Assembly (NCBI GenBank): GCA_044352465.1
Contig: JBILDU010000081.1
Coordinates: forward strand, 1-14,111
DNA length: 14,111 nt
Direction: 5' to 3'
DNA from: Bdellovibrionota bacterium
GTDB lineage: Bacteria; Bdellovibrionota_C; UBA2361
Part shown: one piece after another, positions 10,391 to 14,111 of the stretch
Layout: every line of letters begins with the position of its first letter
How positions within the stretch are numbered: the first letter of the stretch is position 1
Position numbers and translations under genes: made by a program
The notes under the pieces: generated by a model
What the model was told of the DNA's origin: nothing
The model's database searches: none
The model's input: only the letters and a program-made list of their open reading frames with translations

Positions 10391-10535
10391 TTGCTGAGTT
10401 CCCCACGTAGCCACGCTTAAAAGCCCCATATTTCGCTCGCTCCAGCTCAATAGAGGCCCGAATTTTGCCCGTACCATCAATCCCGGAGAGACACGGAACG
10501 AGCCCCCGTGGGGCTTATTAAGAAGCCCGAAGCAA
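10391..10535. ncRNA. Candidate structured RNA (long imperfect hairpin), family unknown
   Basis: Nested pairings: TTGCT 10391-95/AGCAA 10531-35; CTTAA-AAGCCCCA 10416-28/TGGGGCTT-a-TTAAG 10509-22; GCTCGCTCC 10435-43/GGAACGAGC 10495-503. Lies in a gap between convergent genes. Confidence 0.35.
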
Positions 10536-10585
10536 CCACTCACGGAAGGGGCGGGAGCCTTCGCGTCGCTTCGCCGGCTGTGCTC

Positions 10586-11149
10586 TCAACGCCCCTCGAA
10601 ACGGCGTAGACCGAGGAGGCCAAAGGCAGCGACAACGAGGGCATGGTTGATGGTGCCAGTGCGCACGAGGTCGAGCACCTCTGGGAGAGGTTTGACGATG
10701 ACCTCGATATCCTCGCCGGGATCAAGCATCGGGTCACCCACGCGGGAGCAGTTGCGGGCAATATAGGTGTGAAGCCTCATCGACATCATCGCGGGATTCG
10801 GGTGTATGACTCCGAGCGGTTCGAGGGTGCTTGAGCTATAGCCGGTCTCCTCACGGAGTTCACGGAGCGCTGAGATCGCTGGGTCAGGCTCGTCCGGTTC
10901 GATGCATCCTCCGGGTATCTCCAGGGTGAATTCCTCGGCGCCGTGGCGATATTGCCGCACCAAGACCACTTCGTTTGCTGCGGTGAGGGGAATGATGTTG
11001 ACCCAACTCAGCCCCTCCATAAGAAAAAAATCGAAGGGGCGCTGGGTGCGGGGATTGACCCGACGGGAGCGCTTCAAGGTGAAGATCTTGAACGCCTGAT
11101 AGATATGCTCCTCTTCGATCGTCCAGCCTGATGGGGTCTCTTTTTTCAT
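10586..11149 (-). CDS. NUDIX hydrolase (ADP-ribose pyrophosphatase-like)
   Basis: VVLVRQYRHG, LEIPGG and Nudix box GGCIEPDEPDPAISALRELREETGY; LDPGEDIEV; RBS AAGGAG upstream. Confidence 0.93.
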   Translation of the reverse strand: MKKETPSGWTIEEEHIYQAFKIFTLKRSRRVNPRTQRPFDFFLMEGLSWVNIIPLTAANEVVLVRQYRHGAEEFTLEIPGGCIEPDEPDPAISALRELREETGYSSSTLEPLGVIHPNPAMMSMRLHTYIARNCSRVGDPMLDPGEDIEVIVKPLPEVLDLVRTGTINHALVVAAFGLLGLRRFEGR

Positions 11150-11289
11150 GGAATATCGAACTCCTTTGACGGTGTAGTGTCGGCGGGGTCGCCGTTCTCT
11201 TCAAGGGGTATCAAGGCGGTGTCGTGCCCTTTGGAACGCCCCCCGAGCTTACTCCCCGTGCGGCGTCGACCGATTCGGCCACTCCGATT

Positions 11290-11340
11290 TTCCTAAACTT
11301 GGGGTCGGGAGTTCGATCCTCTCCGGGCGCACCAGTTAAG
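11290..11340 (+). repeat. att core copy 1: 3' half of tRNA-Arg(CCT) plus 6 nt (not an intact tRNA)
   Basis: TTCCTAA (anticodon loop, CCT) ACTTG GGGTC GGGAG-TTCGATC-CTCTC (T arm) CGGGCGC-A-CCA (ends 11334). Identical over 51 bp to 13510-13560. No matching 5' acceptor strand or D arm upstream. Confidence 0.9.
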
Positions 11341-11400
11341 CCTCTGAAACTATTCAGTATTTAGAGGTTTTGGACTCTCCGCCAATGTTTGAAATTCGCT

Positions 11401-11498
11401 TTTTGACACACTTTTGACACACTCTTGCCACACAGCAGTTTTTTTTCTGCTGGTGAATGTGCCCCAAATTGTCCGGTTTGACACAATTAGTGTGTCAA
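11401..11498. repeat. Putative integrase arm-type binding sites
   Basis: Three 11-bp tandem units TTTTGACACAC / TTTTGACACAC / TCTTGCCACAC (11401-11433) and palindrome TTGACACA-ATTAG-TGTGTCAA (11478-11498). Confidence 0.75.
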
Positions 11499-11513
11499 GC
11501 GCAGGGGACAGAC

Positions 11514-11708
11514 ATGGCAACGTATCGAAAGAGAGGCAACCGTCACCAAGCAGTCGTGCGTATTAACGGAATCGAAGAGTACCGGTCCTTTGATACCAAA
11601 GGAGAGGCTAAAGCCTGGGCCGAAGCCAGAGAAAGGCTTATCACAAATGCGACCGATGAGTTTATGCTTGCAGCCATAAACTACCGGGTGCGGGACACAA
11701 TCGACTAA
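11514..11708 (+). pseudogene. Truncated tyrosine integrase (N-terminal arm-binding-like domain only, 64 aa)
   Basis: MATYRKRGNRHQAVVRINGIEEYRSFDTKGEAKAWAEARE matches the N-terminus pattern of phage/IME tyrosine integrases; adjacent to att core; stops after VRDTID with no catalytic domain downstream. Confidence 0.8.
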
Positions 11709-11856
11709 CCGTTCGTGTGTCATTAACCGAGAAGGATTGCCGCTCGTGCATTTTTATTGCCACTGGTGCATTTGAGATACTTACTGTATGGACAGATCCC
11801 AGCCAGTCAAGATAGTCAACGAAAAGGCTGCTTTCCGGCATGGAGGTTCAAAAAAC

Positions 11857-12768
11857 ATGAAGACCCAAAACCGTTTCACAAGAGGTGTGTTCCTGAGCTG
11901 CATAACAGCGATACTCGTATTAGTCGGGGTGTCACGACAAGCATTAGCGGATACTGCGGATGCTAAGGGTACGCTTGATCAGACTCAAGGTGGTCAAAAC
12001 CAATCTGGCGGCAACGAAGACCCCCTAGTTCCACTACCCAGCATATTTGATTTCACAAAAGGCTCTGGGTTTGGCGGTGCTATAGGTTTAAGCGTTGAGG
12101 CAGGAAACGCTTATGACGGTTCAGACGAATACGAAATAGAGGTTCAGCCCGCGGCGGCTCTACAATGGAGAACTGGAAAAAACCTTTTTTTCTGGGAAGG
12201 GTACGAGCTTGGGCTCAGGTCTCTTGTTGCAGACCAACTGCTCCTTCAAGGAGGTGCCAGATATGAAGCGGGATTGGAGCCGGATGATTCGGACGATGGT
12301 CGACTTGATGGCATTGAGAAACGCGATGCTCACATCGTTGGGTTCCTTGAGGCCCGATACTCTATCGACTCCGAGTGGCGCAACTGGCTAGCCGCAAGGG
12401 TCATGGGTGGAGAATCGGATTTCGGTTGGCTCGGCGTTCTCGCCGCTGGGCATCGCTTTGGCACGGCACGTGATGGTTCAGGTGCTGAGGCGTATGTCTT
12501 TTCTACTTTCGGCAACTCAAACTTTATTAACAAGGACTTCGGAGTTTCTGCATCCGATGCTCAAACCTCTGGATTACAAGAAACTGATCTACATGGAGGA
12601 TACCGTTCTACCGGATTAGATGCTCTGTACCGCTTATATCTTCACAAAAACGTTCAGATGATCGCAAGTGTCGGTATCGAGTTTTACAGCGGAGATATAG
12701 GAGAGAGCCCGATTGCTAGGGATGACTATGAAACTGAAGCGGAATTGACCTTATTGTATACTTTTTAA
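11857..12768 (+). CDS. MipA/OmpV family outer-membrane beta-barrel protein (cargo)
   Basis: RBS GGAGG 11842-46 before ATG 11857; signal peptide ending ALA; GNAYDGSDEYEIEVQP, DFGVSASDAQTSGL, IGESPI motifs of MipA/OmpV; C-terminal LLYTF beta-signal. Confidence 0.88.
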   Translation: MKTQNRFTRGVFLSCITAILVLVGVSRQALADTADAKGTLDQTQGGQNQSGGNEDPLVPLPSIFDFTKGSGFGGAIGLSVEAGNAYDGSDEYEIEVQPAAALQWRTGKNLFFWEGYELGLRSLVADQLLLQGGARYEAGLEPDDSDDGRLDGIEKRDAHIVGFLEARYSIDSEWRNWLAARVMGGESDFGWLGVLAAGHRFGTARDGSGAEAYVFSTFGNSNFINKDFGVSASDAQTSGLQETDLHGGYRSTGLDALYRLYLHKNVQMIASVGIEFYSGDIGESPIARDDYETEAELTLLYTF

Positions 12769-13093
12769 ATCTCGCGCTCAGGTCATACGTAACAATAGCC
12801 TTCAAGTCTGACAGTAGGTGTGCGACACTTCTAACACTGCTCATCTCAGGCAAAGCACAGCCCGGGTTGGATTCATCTCTGAGCAGCGGGTGAGACAGTA
12901 GACCCTGGCGCAGATAGAGTGAGAGGTGCCCCTTGTGTATAAAAAGCTTTCGTTGGGGAGATAGGATGGCCCCAGACTGCTGCAAGCCGTTCATGTTTCT
13001 CTGAGCTAACCAAAAGCGAACCCCACCGACGGTTAGTTGTGGGTTTCTCCTAACCAATTCTTGAACAGTAAAGTAACCTTCAAATATCGACAT
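12716..13093 (-). CDS. Excisionase-like/winged-helix DNA-binding protein; C-terminal part possibly read-through
   Basis: RBS AGAGGG then MSIFEGYFTVQELVRRNPQLTVGGVRFWLAQRNMNGLQQSGAILSPQRKLFIHKGHLSLYL, resembling small Xis/AlpA-like proteins of integrative elements; sits near the right att, converging on int; last 53 bp overlap the 3' end of the cargo gene. Confidence 0.6.
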   Translation of the reverse strand: MSIFEGYFTVQELVRRNPQLTVGGVRFWLAQRNMNGLQQSGAILSPQRKLFIHKGHLSLYLRQGLLSHPLLRDESNPGCALPEMSSVRSVAHLLSDLKAIVTYDLSARFKKYTIRSIPLQFHSHP

Positions 13094-13214
13094 ATACCCT
13101 CTTGAGAAATGCAATGTCTCACTAGAGGCAGTATGTCCGATCAGCTGGGCGCTATGACATTACCTTATGAACTACCTCGAAGTAGCATTTGATGAACTAG
13201 ATGGACGAGGGGGA

Positions 13215-13314
13215 GGAACTTGGGGTAGCATACGCTAGTAGGACACATTTGTTCGGAACTTGGGGTCTGCCATTTTTGAAAAAAGCAGACCTCATGTTGT
13301 CCAAACTTGGGGTC
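13215..13314. repeat. Cluster of three AACTTGGGGT direct repeats (plus inverted variants) identical to part of the att core
   Basis: AACTTGGGGT at 13217, 13257 and 13304; the same 10-mer is in the att cores at 11296 and 13516. Inverted variant at 13285-13298. Confidence 0.75.
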
Positions 13315-13335
13315 ATGGTGGGTCGGGGCGCAGAG

Positions 13336-13357
13336 CTTTGACACACTTTTGACACAC
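13336..13357. repeat. Putative arm-type sites left of att core 2
   Basis: CTTTGACACAC-TTTTGACACAC, the same 11-bp unit as 11401-11422. Confidence 0.75.
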
Positions 13358-13423
13358 TTGAAATGAAATGTGTTCGTAATAAGCAGCAACGACTCGCACG
13401 AAGTCATATTTTGAAGGTAGTGT

Positions 13424-13436
13424 TAAGTCGTTGATT
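13424..13436 (-). promoter_or_regulatory. IHF-consensus binding site in the att arm
   Basis: Minus strand AATCAACGACTTA matches WATCAANNNNTTR exactly and lies between arm sites and core, as in lambda-type attP. Confidence 0.65.
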
Positions 13437-13509
13437 TAAAAGTCAAATTGGACTTTTTGGCACTAGTTAGAGTTAGTCGAAAAGAGTTATCAAACGGGTT
13501 TTGTAACGA

Positions 13510-13560
13510 TTCCTAAACTTGGGGTCGGGAGTTCGATCCTCTCCGGGCGCACCAGTTAAG
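13510..13560 (+). repeat. att core copy 2: 3' half of tRNA-Arg(CCT); junction between two tandem elements
   Basis: Identical to 11290-11340; arm repeats on both sides (13336-57 and 13623-13707); no tRNA 5' half. Confidence 0.9.
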
Positions 13561-13622
13561 TCTATGAAAATAGTTAGTAATCTGAGGTTTTGGACCGTCC
13601 TGAAAAGTTTCCAATCTATTCG

Positions 13623-13707
13623 TTGACACACTTTTGCCACAGAGCCGATTTTTTTCTGTTGGTAAATGTGTCTGGAATTGCCCGCTTTGACACAATTAGT
13701 GTGTCAA
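13623..13707. repeat. Putative arm-type sites of the second element
   Basis: TTGACACAC-TTTTGCCACAG (13623-13642) and the identical palindrome TTGACACAATTAGTGTGTCAA (13687-13707). Confidence 0.75.
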
Positions 13708-13722
13708 GAGGATAGGAAAGAC

Positions 13723-13812
13723 ATGGCAACCTATAGAAAGAGAGGCAGCCGATACCAGGCAGTCGTGCGTATTAATGGAATCGAGGAGTACCGATCCTTT
13801 GCGAGCAAGTGA
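13723..13812 (+). pseudogene. Second tyrosine integrase, 5' fragment interrupted by an IS
   Basis: MATYRKRGSRYQAVVRINGIEEYRSFASK*, nearly identical to the 11514 peptide; the stop TGA (13810-12) is the first three bases of the IS. Confidence 0.85.
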
Positions 13813-14111
13813 TGTTCCCCCCGTATCTTAGACACCTGTACGTCAATTTTGGTAAGGTGTTGGAATGAGTAAAAGATATCCGCAGGCCGTGAAGGACGAG
13901 GTTCTTGGGAAGATCCGGGGAGGTCGTAGAGTCGTTGAAGTTGCGCGGGAACACGGGATCAACGAGATGACGGTGCGGAACTGGCTTGAGCGCGACACGG
14001 CGGCTGGTGCATCCGAGATCCTTGAAACGAGCCGCCTTCGGCGCGAGAACGAGGCGCTGTTGAGGCTTGTTGGTCAACTGACGTACGAGTCGGAGCAGCA
14101 GAAAAAAAATC
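13810..14111 (+). mobile_element. IS3-family insertion sequence, left end (partial)
   Basis: Begins 5'-TG (TGATGTTCCCCCCGTATCTTAGACACC), IS3-type terminal sequence, exactly where homology to the first integrase ends; followed by an OrfA-type gene. Confidence 0.85.
13865..14111 (+). CDS. IS3-family transposase OrfA (HTH plus leucine zipper), partial
   Basis: Not in the ORF track; MSKRYPQAVKDEVLGKIRGGRRVVEVAREHGINEMTVRNWLERD...EILETSRLRRENEALLRLVGQLTYESEQQKKN; A8 run at 14102-14109. Confidence 0.88.
   Translation, partial: MSKRYPQAVKDEVLGKIRGGRRVVEVAREHGINEMTVRNWLERDTAAGASEILETSRLRRENEALLRLVGQLTYESEQQKKN

Larger units (their letters stand above)
11290..13560. mobile_element. 2.2-kb miniature (internally deleted) tyrosine-integrase element bounded by tRNA-Arg att direct repeats
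   Basis: 51-bp direct repeats exactly 2220 bp apart, arm-type repeats inside both ends, integrase fragment at the left, excisionase-like ORF at the right, one cargo gene, visibly lower GC than the flanking genes. Confidence 0.85.

Noticed and set aside
10262..10543. 93-aa minus-strand ORF
   Set aside because: No recognisable motif or RBS; overlaps the long hairpin. Not excluded, but unsupported.
11150..11296. Group I intron splitting tRNA-Arg(CCU)
   Set aside because: The anticodon loop is uninterrupted, and no 5' exon or group I core elements are visible upstream.
11258..11334. Intact tRNA-Arg(CCT) gene (also at 13478-13554)
   Set aside because: Only anticodon loop to CCA is present; upstream bases cannot form the anticodon stem, D arm or acceptor stem.
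12829..12872. Integron attC site after the MipA gene (TCTAAC...GTTGGAT)
   Set aside because: About 44 bp, shorter than known attC sites, weak internal symmetry, and no integron integrase.
13169..13333. CRISPR array
   Set aside because: Repeats are only 10-13 bp, three copies, uneven spacing, no cas genes; reported instead as att-core motif cluster.
13165..13695. Short minus-strand ORFs 13165..13407 and 13513..13695
   Set aside because: They run through arm repeats and the att core; best explained as non-coding recombination DNA.
13772..14077. 101-aa minus-strand ORF
   Set aside because: Antisense to IS3 OrfA and crosses the IS boundary.

Overview
Bacterial chromosomal window with two parts. 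(1) 1-11290 is GC-rich housekeeping/envelope DNA: a partial trypsin-like lipoprotein protease (minus strand, missing from the ORF track), a tightly coupled LpoA/LppC-like lipoprotein - Lon - HExxH peptidase operon, an orphan gene with a clean sigma70 promoter, yceD, ssb, a secreted VWA protein, a long rod-like hairpin in an intergenic gap and a NUDIX hydrolase. (2) 11290-14111 is a more AT-rich tandem array of related tyrosine-integrase elements at a tRNA-Arg(CCT) 3'-half att core (51-bp perfect direct repeat, 2220 bp apart). The first element is a 2.2-kb miniature: arm sites, an integrase reduced to its N-terminal domain, one cargo gene (MipA/OmpV family), an excisionase-like gene, and a cluster of short copies of the att-core motif. 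The second element's integrase is interrupted after codon 29 by an IS3-family element. Neither att copy is preceded by a tRNA 5' half, so there is no intact tRNA gene here. All calls come from reading the sequence; no database searches were run.
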